DNA of 64,000 nt from a plasmid. This document shows, one piece after another, positions 51,943-63,898 of this stretch. Both the position numbers and the translations under genes were made by a program. The first letter of the stretch is position 1; each line of letters opens with the position of its first letter. Location of the stretch: the sequence record NZ_CP054002.1; one strand, written 5' to 3'. Under the pieces are notes generated by a model that saw only the letters and a list, made by a program, of their open reading frames with translations, was not told the DNA's origin and made no database searches.

Positions 51943-52995
51943 TTATTCTTCGTTATCTATAACACTTTTACCTAATGAAGCAGCAGCCCCTACATTTGTA
52001 GCCCCCCCTGCTATCGCTGATCCTGCAATCGCCATCGTTGCAGCAGCAGTTACAATAGATACCGTTTTAGAAATGATTCTACCGGCATCACCATGACCGA
52101 CTATCTTACTTGCCAACCAGAAACAACAACAATAAGAACCGATCAAAGCAAGATCCATGCCTAAATATTGTAGCTGTTTTGTCGCTTCATCTACTGCGTT
52201 GAATGCGTCAGAATCATAAATTGACTTAAATGTAAACCACATTATCTGATTTAAAATATTAATCACAGTAAATACCATACCAACGGAACACAGTGTACCA
52301 AACCAATTAGACAGCTGCTTTTGGAATACCGGTAGAATGGAAAAAGCAAAAACGAAGGGACCTAATATGACAAGGATCTTTACAATGACAACGCCCAAAC
52401 CCAATATGATAATTTGTACAATCCCGACCAGCAGTGCGGCTAGAGCATGTAAGAGCATTGCTGCGAAATTGGCAGGATTTAATATTTGGGAGATTTGTTT
52501 CAATGTAGATGCACTTTCATCTATTTTATTACCTTGATCTATATTTTGTAGTTCTTTATTCATAGCACCTTCCGGATCTTCCCCCGCAGCGACTTCCGCT
52601 TCAAGTGCCGTTTTTTCATTATCGGCTATCATGGTGTGCTGTTCTTCCGCTGATCTGTCTAGAAAAGCCGCAAACTCCTGTGCCCGGACTGAACTTAAAG
52701 ATGTTGCTTCATTTATTACTTCAAGGGTTCCAACGACAGTTTTTGCGATAGGTGTATATAGCGAAAGACAGAATATTAAAGCAAAACAGCGAGCTATTTC
52801 CATCAAATCCGGAAACTTATTTTCATCCGATGTTAAAAGCTGACTAACACCATGATATAGGTAATTATAAGCTATATTACAGATGAAACAAATAACTGCT
52901 ACACCAAGCGCAATTACCGTCATTTGCGCAGTTAATTCTGTTGTAAGGGAATCATTAATCTGCAATCCCCATAAAAAAGTATCTTGTCCGTTCAT
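51943..52995 (-). CDS. traJ: TraJ-like polytopic membrane protein, full length (350 aa)
   Basis: Longer C-terminus than copy A. Confidence 0.6.
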   Translation of the reverse strand: MNGQDTFLWGLQINDSLTTELTAQMTVIALGVAVICFICNIAYNYLYHGVSQLLTSDENKFPDLMEIARCFALIFCLSLYTPIAKTVVGTLEVINEATSLSSVRAQEFAAFLDRSAEEQHTMIADNEKTALEAEVAAGEDPEGAMNKELQNIDQGNKIDESASTLKQISQILNPANFAAMLLHALAALLVGIVQIIILGLGVVIVKILVILGPFVFAFSILPVFQKQLSNWFGTLCSVGMVFTVINILNQIMWFTFKSIYDSDAFNAVDEATKQLQYLGMDLALIGSYCCCFWLASKIVGHGDAGRIISKTVSIVTAAATMAIAGSAIAGGATNVGAAASLGKSVIDNEE

Positions 52996-53003
52996 AAGGC
53001 TAA

Positions 53004-53495
53004 TTAATTAGTATATCGACTAAAAGCAGATAAATTTCCGCTATAATATGTTTTCCCTACATGTTTTCGACTTGCATCTTTTATGATCTCACTTCTTACT
53101 ATTTCATTAAAAGATTTCATTTCAGCAGAAGCCGTTTCTAAGGCTTCTCTTACCTGTCCGACAAAGGACATTCTTCCCTCACTATTCATGCTGAAATAGT
53201 CGGAAACAGTAGCAACCTTAAATAATAGATCTGTGCTCAAATTAAGGTTTACCGTAACTTGTTGGAAGTTTAAAAACTTTAAACAATGATAGCTACCGCC
53301 TATATTCATATAAAAACGGTAATCACTACTTAGACAAGCTACATCATCCAACAGTTCAGCAAGTTCTACTAAAGATTGTAGTTGGCGTAGTTGGTCTATC
53401 TTTTGTAAATTTTCTCGTATATGTGCAGCATCAATCATTTCATTAAGCTGCTTAACCCATTGCGCTGCATTCGCTCCCCATTCGCCAAGGTTCAT
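53004..53495 (-). CDS. TraI-like protein (163-aa ORF; the N-terminal signal region lies upstream in another frame)
   Basis: Matches 8421..8989 of copy A. Confidence 0.45.
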   Translation of the reverse strand: MNLGEWGANAAQWVKQLNEMIDAAHIRENLQKIDQLRQLQSLVELAELLDDVACLSSDYRFYMNIGGSYHCLKFLNFQQVTVNLNLSTDLLFKVATVSDYFSMNSEGRMSFVGQVREALETASAEMKSFNEIVRSEIIKDASRKHVGKTYYSGNLSAFSRYTN

Positions 53496-53616
53496 TCCAT
53501 GTGAGCCGGATCATTAACAACCCATTGCGCACTAGCCTTTTGAACAGAAAAAGAGCTACTTAACAGCAACACAGAAAAAATAAGAGTATCTTTATTTTCA
53601 TAATATTATAAATTTA

Positions 53617-53835
53617 TTATCGCAGAATAAACACTATCGCAAATATCAAAGCCACAAACCAAGCGACTAGATATGTTCTTGCATTATCTTTCTTTGTAGC
53701 TAAAGCCCAGACTACAAAAATCAGAGAAACGCCTAACATTGCAGCGGTGATATACCCTGCCACACTAAAAGACGTATTGTTAAATTCTCCCGACCATCCT
53801 TTTATCTGGTTCAATCCTTCTACAGCATCATTCAT
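53617..53835 (-). CDS. 72-aa two-TM protein (copy B)
   Basis: Identical to 8158..8376. Confidence 0.45.
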   Translation of the reverse strand: MNDAVEGLNQIKGWSGEFNNTSFSVAGYITAAMLGVSLIFVVWALATKKDNARTYLVAWFVALIFAIVFILR

Positions 53836-53853
53836 ATTTTTTTCTCCTTTCTT

Positions 53854-56398
53854 CTAAATACCGGTTAATAGCAGCATAAGTAGATCCTGTTTCCTCAAAA
53901 AGCTGTTTGAGCCTAACCACAGTCGATTGTCTTGAATCAAAGCGACAGCGGCAAATTCAGATACTTCATTGCGAAAAACATAGGTTTCGTTTCCCAATTT
54001 AATGAAGAACTCTCTCCACTTGATCTCATCATCCCTATTTTGCAGACTATCTATCATTACTAGTTCTTCTTCTGAAATAGAAAGAATATCTCGCAGATTG
54101 GGCAACTCCTTTCTATAACTTGAATGATCCAGTATTACTTTAGTATCACAGTTTATAAGTATTGAATCCTTGATCGCCGGTGGACAGTTCTTCAGGAACA
54201 GTACATTTTGGGCAGCTATCGTTATAGCCCCGTCTTTTTTACGGAATGTACGATACAAATAGGCGATAAAATCACCAAACTTATCATCACTTAAAAAGTC
54301 TAGGGCTTCATCGATAATCAATTCCTTATTAACTCCTTCACGCTTCTTGATCTTATCGATAACCATTTGAAGCGTGATAATCGCTACCAAAGGAAAATAC
54401 TCCTTCTTTGCTGCGTCTTCCATATCAAACGCAATTAAATCATCGTTAACTATATCAATATTTTCAGTTGCGTTCAACAAAAGGATAGTTCTCCATCCGT
54501 GTAAGGTTCTAGTAGTAAAAGCACTTCCTCTATCTCAAATCTACGTTTTTCAAAGTCAGTCATTTTGTAAATAAATACATCTCGCAAGAAATTCCGGTAT
54601 TCTATCAGATTAGGAAAAATCCTTTCATTTGTTCCATCAACAGAAGAATTATTTACATACTCATAAAATGCGATCACTGATTTTCTAAGAATAGCTTTCT
54701 CGGTGGGATCGATAGGCTTATTTTGTTTCCAGATATAGGATAAAAGAGCACAGATCGTTTTAATAAGATCCTCGGCTGCTTCTGCATCTGAAGTATCAAT
54801 ATAAATATATCTACCATTCCGATCACGTTCACACAAGAACGGGTTAAAAGCAAACTGTTTCTGATTTGTAGAATCAAAATATTTACCTCGGTGCAGGCTA
54901 ATCATAGACCTGTAAGATCCACCGATGTCAATAATTGTAATATCATTACCCAAAGAATAAGACTGATAAATATAGTTGTTTAGCCAAAAGACTTTCCGGA
55001 GCCGGACGGACCGATTACTATTTTATTTCTATTGTTTAAAGCCTTGTTATTCCATAAATTTATCAATGCAGGATTTCCGAATCGGTCATTATACAAATGC
55101 CCTTGCAGATCAGAAATATAAATACTATCTTTTTGCAAATAACAAATCGCCTGTTTGGTCGTATTGATAAATCCCCTATAATTGCTCCGAGCATTCCCCG
55201 GTATATTAGAAAAAATAAATTGCACAACTCCGCATTCTCGACATAACAAGAACTTTGGTTCATAAAACTAAATCCCTGCTGTGCCAATGAAATTTTCCGA
55301 ATTAGAGAAGAACGATCCGGATCATTGATAATCACATTAAAAGCTGTATAAGCTGTTTGATAATCAAAATCCGTAATTTCTTTACAGAAAAGTTCTTGCT
55401 GTTTTGCTTGTCTTTAGCCGGAGGATAAAAGTTAGTCAAATAGTTTAGCCCGTTTTTTTCAGCATTAATAGCCGTTAGCGTAGTATCTGTATCTGTTATT
55501 TCTATCACAACATTTACAATGTGATCGAAAGGCAAACCTAGTCCAACCGGGTACAACATAGAACATTTAGACTGTATATTCTCCGGAAGCTCAATCGTAC
55601 TTCCATACGCTTTTGATTTACCCGTATTGGGTACATTCAGCTCATAAAGATTTTCCCCTTCCACGGTAAGAGAAAGCATCGCTAAATATTCTTGTCCAAC
55701 CTTCAGATCACCGCTAGGAGTTACCATAATTGGGCTAACTGTTTCTTGAGTAGCGTCTTTTGTTGGTTTAGCATACGAGAGATTAAGATAATCAAAGACA
55801 GCATTATTTAAGTCTTTACTATCCATCTTCTTTATCTCAAATTGAGTTATAGAAGATAACCCATTTCAAATTCAAGATTTTCGGTTCAATCTCTGATAAC
55901 CTTTCTTCATAGTTCTTGTAGGGCTGTTTAAAAGGATAATTGAGTTTTTTAAGCAGCGATGTATTAGAAGCCTTTTTTCGCACTCCCTTTTCAAATCTGT
56001 ATTGGCAAAAGTGATATACAAATTTGTATAGCAGTTTATTATTTGCTTGTTATTAAAGTGTTTAATACTTTCCGCTTTCAATGGATTAACAGAAAAGTCA
56101 TTGTTCTTATACTGGCTTACATAGTAAAGCACTGCTGATGCACCACCGTTGCAGGAGGTAACATCTTAAAAAGCCCCTCTAACCTCTCATGTATATATTT
56201 TGCATCTTCCTGCGAAAGAGTAAATACTTCCGGAAGAAACAATCTGTATCCAATGGTTAAATCTCCGCTACCGTTTACTATAACGCTATCCGTTATGGTC
56301 TGGATCGGTAGTACAGCCGAAAGATCTATTGATTTATCAGATATAGGAACTTCAGAAGGACGCATAAAAGTATGGCGAGTAATGTAATGACACCACAC
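53854..56398 (-). pseudogene. traG: VirB4-like conjugal ATPase (TraG-type), fragmented into at least 7 ORFs in this copy
   Basis: ORFs 56117..56398, 55872..56132, 55332..55826, 55063..55335, 54980..55249 (contains GPSGSGKSFG), 54474..54953, 53854..54480. Confidence 0.7.
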
Positions 56399-56530
56399 AG
56401 TAATAATGCCGATATAATAATAAATCCTATCATTTTATTTTGTAATTAGTTACCACATAGTAGATATAAACTCTCTGCAAGAAAAAGCGACAGCCTTAAT
56501 CTGTATCACGTATTCCGCAGGATTTCAAGA

Positions 56531-56839
56531 TCATTTCTGCTTCATTATAAAATTGAATACCTTATGTTTATCTATTATCTGTTTAGGGGTTGCAGATCTA
56601 ACCGATAAGCCAGTTAGATAATCCGGATTGCCAGCTTTATGTTCCCGTTTTAGGTTCTTGAATAAGATACCTGAAGCAAAGAATATAGCTCCCATGACAC
56701 TAACTATGATTACCGGATGCACATGCTTAAATATGCAAACAATTATAATCAAAGCATTTGCCAACATAAATAGACCAAATTGTCCCGACGTTAAGCCAAA
56801 GAACTTAATTGGTCTATTTATCTTTCTTATAGTCCTCAT
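56531..56839 (-). CDS. TraF-like small membrane protein (copy B)
   Basis: Identical to 5152..5460. Confidence 0.5.
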   Translation of the reverse strand: MRTIRKINRPIKFFGLTSGQFGLFMLANALIIIVCIFKHVHPVIIVSVMGAIFFASGILFKNLKREHKAGNPDYLTGLSVRSATPKQIIDKHKVFNFIMKQK

Positions 56840-56842
56840 TAA

Positions 56843-57124
56843 TCAGATAATAAGGAAAGCTACCATAATAACCGCAACCGCAATGATCCAGCCGAGCAGA
56901 TACTCCTTGGCGTGGGGATTATTCGTTGCAAGGGAATAGATCACAAATACTAAAGCTATGCCAAGCACGGCAGCTAATACATACTTTGCGATATTAAGAA
57001 TCGTATCAGAACCTTCTTGCGCTTTCGATTCAACATCGGACAAACTGCTAATTTTTAATGCGCTTTGGGCTTCTACAACTTGAGGAACAACAACAAAAGT
57101 CAGCAGGAAAAGCCCTAAAATCAT
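56843..57124 (-). CDS. TraE-like small membrane protein (93 aa, hydrophobic C-terminal TM intact)
   Basis: The C-terminus ...EYLLGWIIAVAVIMVAFLII looks native compared with the frameshifted copy A. Confidence 0.5.
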   Translation of the reverse strand: MILGLFLLTFVVVPQVVEAQSALKISSLSDVESKAQEGSDTILNIAKYVLAAVLGIALVFVIYSLATNNPHAKEYLLGWIIAVAVIMVAFLII

Positions 57125-57234
57125 AATAATACGCTTGTGTACACTAACAAAATCTACACTCTTTTCAAAACTTGTACCATAATCTTAAAATTTTAATTGT
57201 TATTTTATACATGTTATTTATATATCAATCTTGC

Positions 57235-57627
57235 TTAAAGCGGAAAAATCAACACTTTCATATTGACAAAAACATCATCTGATTTTTCCGAAAGTACTTG
57301 ATGCTGGAATGGTGGTATCTTACCAGCATAATAGTACGCCCGGTTTGAAATATACATATCCGCTATCTCTCTACTTAATTCTTCATCATCTGAAAGATCC
57401 TTTTGAAAAACTATTGTTATGCGTGGAGATAAAACTAGATCAGAATCAGATTTTTCTTCTTCAACTGATAGTGAAGCTGTACACTCCGTTTTCTTTTTAC
57501 TTCCGGAAAAATAGACCAATCCTAAAATTAGAATTGAAACAATAACTATCGTAACTATCGCCAGATCAAATAATGAATAATTAGTGGCTAGATATTCAGT
57601 CATTTGTATATTTATATAAGCGACCAT
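57235..57627 (-). CDS. 130-aa N-terminal-TM protein (intact version of 4365..4773)
   Basis: ORF track. Confidence 0.4.
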   Translation of the reverse strand: MVAYINIQMTEYLATNYSLFDLAIVTIVIVSILILGLVYFSGSKKKTECTASLSVEEEKSDSDLVLSPRITIVFQKDLSDDEELSREIADMYISNRAYYYAGKIPPFQHQVLSEKSDDVFVNMKVLIFPL

Positions 57628-57813
57628 ATTAGTATAAATATTACTAATGCAACGATATACGTAATTATAGCTTCTTTCATTTTCTCATGATTAGTTATTA
57701 TTTTTTTATAACCGCAAGACCTGCACAGACAAATCCGACACCGGCTAGCATTTCGCCACATTGTTTGAATAAGTCAATCAATGCGCTTACATCAGCTGAT
57801 AATAATATCATAA

Positions 57814-58377
57814 TCAATAAATAAGGACTTTAACACCAAGATTCCAGACTGTATTCCATTTGCTTGCATAGCTAAACGGACTCCAATACTGCTTAACACG
57901 TCCAAGTATCGCAACTCGTGGAGATACAAAGTATTCTAATTCAGGCTCGATCTTTAAACCAAGTAAGAAATCATACTTATTATCCTGCCTCTTGTACGCT
58001 TCTACACCTGTAAAAAGACCTAGACCTAGGCTAAAATAAAGTGAAGAAAGATTTGTCGCAACTGTTTTGAAATAAGCAGCATCAATATAGTAATCTTTTG
58101 CTGTAGAGCTAAAAGAAACTATCGTTGGAACTTCCGCAGTATTGCTTTCATAACTGTAGTTATAAGACTTTTCAAAATAGTTCAAACCTATTTTCCAGTA
58201 AGTTGTTCGACTCCTATACTTTGATACTGAAAGGTTTAAGTTAGTATTATTCCTACCAAAAATATTCAATCCATAGTTTACTTCTAGGGCTGAAATACCT
58301 ACATAATGCCGTTGTGCATAAACACTATGTGTACATGCACATAACACTAGTAATAAAGTTAATTTTAATAATCTCAT
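57814..58377 (-). CDS. outer-membrane beta-barrel-like protein with signal peptide (187 aa, intact)
   Basis: Signal peptide (cleavage ~VYA/QR), alternating-hydrophobic beta-strand pattern, C-terminal aromatic ...VKVLIY. Confidence 0.5.
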   Translation of the reverse strand: MRLLKLTLLLVLCACTHSVYAQRHYVGISALEVNYGLNIFGRNNTNLNLSVSKYRSRTTYWKIGLNYFEKSYNYSYESNTAEVPTIVSFSSTAKDYYIDAAYFKTVATNLSSLYFSLGLGLFTGVEAYKRQDNKYDFLLGLKIEPELEYFVSPRVAILGRVKQYWSPFSYASKWNTVWNLGVKVLIY

Positions 58378-58378
58378 A

Positions 58379-58399
58379 TTCAGTTTAAAAAAAGGTTCG
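58379..58399. repeat. 21-bp terminal IR of tra module copy B (end adjoining P3)
   Basis: TTCAGTTTAAAAAAAGGTTCG. Confidence 0.85.
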
Positions 58400-58468
58400 T
58401 TATATTGAATGCAAAATTCAAATAAATATTTAAAACAGCAAAAATTTTGTGGTTAAATATTGTAATTT

Positions 58469-58674
58469 TTATGTTTTCTCCCATAATTCAGGCTGAACAC
58501 ATTTCCAACCAGCGGCAGCTAAATAGTCCCGGATTCGTTCTTCAGGAACTTTGCCCCCTTTTGAAAGGTCGCTTTATCATATTTCGCCTGAATAGGTGAA
58601 CGTAGGGAATTTACATACCACTTTCTTTGTTTAATAAGCTCGCGGAAAGAATCTTCCAAAGTCAGTTTATCCAT
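58469..58674 (-). pseudogene. 68-aa gene copy, disrupted by a 1-bp deletion in a T-run (~58560)
   Basis: Nucleotide identity to 20645..20851 except T4 versus T5; absent from the ORF track. Confidence 0.45.
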
Positions 58675-58825
58675 TTCTTTAATATTAAAAAATGTATATA
58701 TAGTTTAATGTATCAAAAAATCGAATGTTATATAACTTATATATGTTATATATATTGTATATGTTATATATCTTTGTTGGGCGATTAATTCATGCAAAGA
58801 TATAGATTATTAATTTAAAACATAA

Positions 58826-59098
58826 ATGATTATGGGAACAACAATCTCAAACACCCAAATTGATAAGAGAAAGAAACTGTTGGATCTGCCGGAAGACGTT
58901 ATAACTGTGCTATCCGTACAAGCAGCTAAGGAAGGGAAATCAGCTAAAGCCTTTATGGAAGGCTTATTGATCTCCGCTGCTAATGATTTAGAAGATATAA
59001 CAACTTATACGTTTCTTTCCAAGAATCAACCTGAAGGGCATGTCATGGTTAGTGAAGCCGAACAAAAAGCCTTTGAACAGAAATATGGTTTATCATGA
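58826..59098 (+). CDS. RHH/ParD-type antitoxin (P3 copy)
   Basis: Identical to 21003..21275. Confidence 0.6.
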   Translation: MIMGTTISNTQIDKRKKLLDLPEDVITVLSVQAAKEGKSAKAFMEGLLISAANDLEDITTYTFLSKNQPEGHVMVSEAEQKAFEQKYGLS

Positions 59099-59391
59099 AT
59101 GTAGAATATTCAAAGCCATTTTTAAAGGCAGTAGATAAATTATCAGGGAAAGTTCTGTCTTCTGTCCTTGATATGATCCGGGAAGTGAAGAATGCTAATG
59201 GTATTGATGAAATTACTAATTGCAAGAAACTCATTGCCTATAAATCAGTATATCGGATTCGTATAGGAGATTATAGAGCATTCTTTATTTTCCACGTTAA
59301 GATTGTAGATGATACAGTTAAATTTGAATATCTAGTATCAAGAGGGAAGCATACGATAAAAAGTACAGTCAGAGTTACGGAAAAAGGATAA
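59095..59391 (+). CDS. RelE/ParE-family toxin (P3 copy, C-terminal 15 aa altered by indel)
   Basis: YRIRIGDYRAFFIFH retained; tail differs from the P2 copy. Confidence 0.6.
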   Translation: MNVEYSKPFLKAVDKLSGKVLSSVLDMIREVKNANGIDEITNCKKLIAYKSVYRIRIGDYRAFFIFHVKIVDDTVKFEYLVSRGKHTIKSTVRVTEKG

Positions 59392-60596
59392 ATGATAATT
59401 TATTATGGAAAAGAATTAAGCCGGGTTCCACGCCTATTAAGTGAAAGTTACAATTCTGGGCTAATTGAGCGCTTATATGATTCTGGCGGTAGTGTAATGC
59501 TAGATATTATAATTTACCTTTGTGGGAATCATATTAGAGATCTATTTGGTGAATCATGGTTCTCAATAGAGGATTTTTGTAATAAAATGGGTTATAATCG
59601 GACAAATCTTCAAAGAAAACTATCTAAGGAACAGCTGAAGGATCTTTTGGAAAACGCTCACCTCATTATATCTGTAAGGATATAAACGGGGAGGAAATAA
59701 GCCACCCCATAGAAACCGTTTTTGAAGCCGCCCTTTATAAACTTGGCTTAGAAAATATGTCTTATCCTGTTTCTACAAGCGAAGGCACTTCATATATATT
59801 TATTCAGATCCTTACCAAATTTGAAATCCGGACAAATTTTAAAACCAAGAAAGGAACGAAAAGATTATATAGTGCTACTCTGAATAATCTGATAAAGGAT
59901 TCTGTTTATACTCTCTATAATCTAATTGAAAGTCAGGATTATAGAGAGTTACCTTCCAAATATCGATATTTCTATTTGGAACTATCGAAAATGATATATC
60001 TTATTAAGTATAAAATCAAAACAGGAGATGCACCTAGTTACAGATTAACCGTTGATCAGTTGGCTAAGTTGTTCAACCTCAATTTTGAAGAGAATAAGGA
60101 AAGGAAAAGAAATGTAACAAAAGTTTTGAAGGGGATAAATGAACACTTGAGATTTACCAACTTTCAATTTAAGTACGTTAAAGGTGCTAATGATAAATGG
60201 GCATATACGGTAGATTTTGAATTTTCTCAAGAAACGCTTGATTATTTTGATGAACGCTATACCGCTATGTTTACTCAAAGATTCTATAGTGATCTGTTAT
60301 GGAGATACGCTGGTTTAGCTTTTCCTAATTGTGCGGTAGGCAGAGATCGGGTTAACAAAGTTGAAGATATAAAATCTGATCGAAACTTGTATGAAGATTA
60401 TTTGGCATGGGCTAATTCTCCACAAAACAAAGCACTGAAAGAGGAAGTATATAGGGAAAATTTCTTTCGGGTATTTGGAAAAACCCCTGAAGAGTTTGGA
60501 TTAACTAGTAATGCCCCGACTGTGACACGTGAGCCAAAGGAATTTATAGTTAAAAATCCACCTACTGTGACACCTGAACCGGAAAAGATTATCTAG
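59392..60596 (+). pseudogene. rep: Rep initiator with internal frameshift (97 aa + 279 aa) in a T-run at ~59646
   Basis: TTTT here versus TTTTT in the intact copy (gatcttttggaaaacgc versus gatctttttggaaaacgc). Confidence 0.5.
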
Positions 60597-60915
60597 CTGT
60601 GTAAAACACTACACTTTTCAATTCTGTTAACATTTCCAGCTGTGTAAAACACTACACTTTTAGGTTTCCAGCTGTGTAGAATGCTACACTTTTGGGTTTC
60701 CAGCTGTGTAAAATACTACACTTTTAGGTTTCCAGCTGTGTAGAATGCTACACTTTTGAAAATTTAGCTGTGTAAACACTACACTTTTGAATTTAGCTGT
60801 GTAAAATACTACACCATATTAAAGATATCGCAAAAAAATAAAGTGTTGATTTTTAGATAATTAATGAAAAGTGATTTTTTCCAGCTGTGTAAAAGGCTAC
60901 ACCATATTTCTTAAT
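60595..60915. repeat. iteron array, P3 copy
   Basis: Same repeats as 22775..23095. Confidence 0.8.
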
Positions 60916-61243
60916 ATAACCTAAAAACCTAAACCCCCTATAATCCCCAAAGGGGACAGAAGAAATGACCGGAAAAATGATATTTTTCCTTCAGCTTATA
61001 TCATCATACTTTCGGAAAAATACTATCGGGCATGACAAATTGTCATATTTTGAGGAAAGTAATAATTCTCCAATCTCCTTTAATCAGAGGTGAGAAAGAG
61101 AAACAACAGCTGTTTTACTTTTGGTATACGTTAAGTAAAATGTTTTTTTGGCATGTATCAAGAAAAAACACATTTTACTTTATTGTTTTACTAAATTATT
61201 TTACTACCTTTACAAAAAGTAAAATGATAAAAGCATAATAGAT

Positions 61244-61447
61244 ATGACTGATGATGATATTAAAGATTTGAAGAAAGATTTACTTCAGTTGTTTATGAAG
61301 TACAATGTTTCCATAGGCTTCACTTGTGCAGACTGTAGTGATACATATGGATTATATGATGATCATATAGTTATACAGGATAATAATAGTAGGGAAAATG
61401 TACTAGAAACTGATGGATGGTGGTTAAATATAAGCCATTTGCGATAA
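61244..61447 (+). CDS. 67-aa Cys-containing hypothetical (P3 copy)
   Basis: Identical to 23429..23632. Confidence 0.5.
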   Translation: MTDDDIKDLKKDLLQLFMKYNVSIGFTCADCSDTYGLYDDHIVIQDNNSRENVLETDGWWLNISHLR

Positions 61448-61767
61448 TTTCAAATAATAAGAAAGGAGTAATAATATGGCAATTGATACAGAAAGGATAT
61501 TTCTTTTAGCAACTAAAAAAAGCCAGCGAGTGGAAATCTGACCTATTGTATAGGTGTGCATCGATTAGGAACTCCAAACATGGAGTACATTCTAGGAGAA
61601 ACAGACAATGACCGTGAATATAGGCAAGGTGATGAAGTTTCATATATTTATCATGCGGAATATGCCTATACGTTGCAGGAGGCTCTAGATTGGCTAAATA
61701 ATGTAAATTAGTATAAAATGAAATCCTCAATAAATGTTTAATGAAGAATTAAAATCCTCGTATTATA

Positions 61768-62379
61768 ATGAAGATAGGATATGCACGTGTATCGACTCCG
61801 GATCAGAATCCAGCTTTGCAATTGGAAGCATTAGAAAAGGCTGGTTGTGAGAAAATTTATCAAGAAAAAAAATCAGCGTTTAAAGAACGTCCTGAATTAA
61901 TCCGGGCATTAGAAGATCTTAGAACTGGGGATATCTTATATGTCTGGTCGTTGGATCGTTTAGGCAGATCCATGAAGGAAATCCGGACGAATGTAGATCT
62001 AATAATGAATAAGGGAGCGCATCTTGTCGATGTAACGCATAATATCGATACGTCCACTCCTTCCGGGAAACTTTTGATCCCGATATTTTCAATGTTGGCA
62101 GAAATCGATCAGGTTTTACGTACAGAAAGAACGGTTGCAGGTTGGGAAGTCGCAAAACGTGAGGGAAGAACAGGAGGAAGAAAGCCCGGCTTAAATGATT
62201 TAGCGAAAAAGAAAGCCGAGCAGGCAAAGAAAATGTATCTGTCAAAAGATCCCTTCTATTCAGCAAAGAGATCGCTTCAATTCTCAATATCTCCACGAGA
62301 ACTTTGTATAAATATTTGCGTTCTGTTGGGGTTGAACCAAAACAAAACCAGTAACCGGTTATCTCTTAATGGAAAGTAA
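61768..62379 (+). CDS. serine recombinase (P3 copy); the C-terminal HTH region is frameshifted (203-aa ORF with a divergent tail)
   Basis: Identical to the P2 copy up to ...DPFYSAK, then a different frame. Confidence 0.6.
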   Translation: MKIGYARVSTPDQNPALQLEALEKAGCEKIYQEKKSAFKERPELIRALEDLRTGDILYVWSLDRLGRSMKEIRTNVDLIMNKGAHLVDVTHNIDTSTPSGKLLIPIFSMLAEIDQVLRTERTVAGWEVAKREGRTGGRKPGLNDLAKKKAEQAKKMYLSKDPFYSAKRSLQFSISPRELCINICVLLGLNQNKTSNRLSLNGK

Positions 62380-62392
62380 GGTAGGAAATCCC

Positions 62393-62617
62393 CTACCCTA
62401 TTTCCATTTTAACTTGTTGCAAAGCCCCTTTGAGTTCTTTCATTGTGTCCCTTTTGTGCTTCTTGCATTCTTCCGGCTGAATGATTTGGAACTGTTCATC
62501 TTGGTAGTTGACCGCACCGCAAATCTTTCCGTCATGGTCGCAAATGGTATCATAACCGCCAAGTGTTTCACTTAGCCATAGCATACCGCAAGAGCATTGC
62601 ACTTTTATTATTCCCAT
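62393..62617 (-). CDS. 74-aa Cys4 hypothetical (P3 copy)
   Basis: Identical to 24580..24804. Confidence 0.4.
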   Translation of the reverse strand: MGIIKVQCSCGMLWLSETLGGYDTICDHDGKICGAVNYQDEQFQIIQPEECKKHKRDTMKELKGALQQVKMEIG

Positions 62618-62671
62618 ATATATATTTTTAGTTGATTATTTACATGTCTTCTATTGTCAATGATTTACTAA

Positions 62672-63157
62672 TTAATATGATAAGGAAAGGTAAAACAACC
62701 TTTCCTTATGGCTATTTTTTCCTAAAGTACCGTTTATGAATTTGCGTTTATAGCTTGCTATTTCTTTCTTATTTTCTTCCAAAAATGCTTCAAGCAGATT
62801 TCCTAGCATTTGCATCATTGGAACTTTTGACATTGTAGATAGTATTTTAAGTTCTTGATGGAACTCTCTAGGTATCTTTATCGTTTCCGTGTCTATTATC
62901 TCTCTTTTAGCGAAAAGCAAAGAAAGACCTTTAGGAAAAGATGATTCGGGAAATTCTGAAGGTTCTTCTGTCATATTCTCATTTTCCTGAATGATTTCTT
63001 CTTCTTGTACTGGAGCAACAACTTTAGCTGGTTCTGTGGTGCTGGCTGCTGGTTGTACTTCCGGAATTTTCTCTTCTGAAGTCTGTTGTGATGAAACAGA
63101 TTTTATACTTTGAACTTTCTTAGCTTCTTCTTTACCAGCCTGTACCAATGCGAACAT
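62672..63157 (-). CDS. ParA-partner (TraB-like) protein, P3 copy with indels at both ends
   Basis: The N-terminus starts at the internal MFALVQ... and the C-terminus is extended relative to the P2 copy. Confidence 0.4.
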   Translation of the reverse strand: MFALVQAGKEEAKKVQSIKSVSSQQTSEEKIPEVQPAASTTEPAKVVAPVQEEEIIQENENMTEEPSEFPESSFPKGLSLLFAKREIIDTETIKIPREFHQELKILSTMSKVPMMQMLGNLLEAFLEENKKEIASYKRKFINGTLGKNSHKERLFYLSLSY

Positions 63158-63202
63158 TGATGTTTTGGGTTTTCCTGTATTTTCTTTTCTTCAGCCATAA
63201 TT

Positions 63203-63898
63203 TCATTTTTTAACGTAATTGATTAATAATTGTATCATTTCTTCTCCGAAATCATCACAGGTGTGATTATAGTTGTTTATTATCGTAGAAAGGTTTCTTT
63301 GGTAATTAACTTTGCTTTCCTTGATATGATTGTTCAGTAGCTCGAAAGGTAAATTGTCTTTGTTTGCTATAAGCTCTTTATATTCAAGCAAATTAGGTGT
63401 TACCTTGTTAGGCAATCCTTTTACTATTGTTTTGTAACCTAGACTTTCTCGTTTAGATAAGATATTTTCCTTGTAGTAATTGTAGAACTTTACAGTGTGC
63501 AATACTTCGATTTTTGAAGGAGCAAAAGGTATAATGACCACATCCATCATCATTAGGGTTTCTACTACTCCTGCCTGTTTCAAGTTTCCCGGAAAGTCAA
63601 CCACTATTATATCGAAACTTTCTTTGAGAAATTCTATGCTGTTAATGAAGTCTGATGAAGATATACTCATTACTTCATACTCGTCTTTTATATCCTCTTC
63701 CTGTTGTGCTTCATCGAAAGCTCTTAACTCCCCCATTGTATTTTGCGCATCGTCTATATCGACAACGCCAATGGTTAAACCTGTCTGCTCGTGGCTCTCA
63801 TGTACATATCCTGCGAACAAGGCTGTTAATGTTGATTTACCTGTTCCACCTTTTGGGTTCTCGAATGCTACGAATATACCCGGTAATATTTTTCCCAT
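63203..63898 (-). CDS. parA: ParA/Soj-family ATPase (P3 copy)
   Basis: Identical to 25392..26087. Confidence 0.8.
   Translation of the reverse strand: MGKILPGIFVAFENPKGGTGKSTLTALFAGYVHESHEQTGLTIGVVDIDDAQNTMGELRAFDEAQQEEDIKDEYEVMSISSSDFINSIEFLKESFDIIVVDFPGNLKQAGVVETLMMMDVVIIPFAPSKIEVLHTVKFYNYYKENILSKRESLGYKTIVKGLPNKVTPNLLEYKELIANKDNLPFELLNNHIKESKVNYQRNLSTIINNYNHTCDDFGEEMIQLLINYVKK

Larger units (their letters stand above)
41415..58399 (-). mobile_element. IR-bounded ~17.0-kb conjugation (tra/T4SS) module, copy B, inverted relative to copy A
   Basis: Near-identical inverted copy of 3594..20575; the two copies differ by scattered single-base indels. Confidence 0.7.
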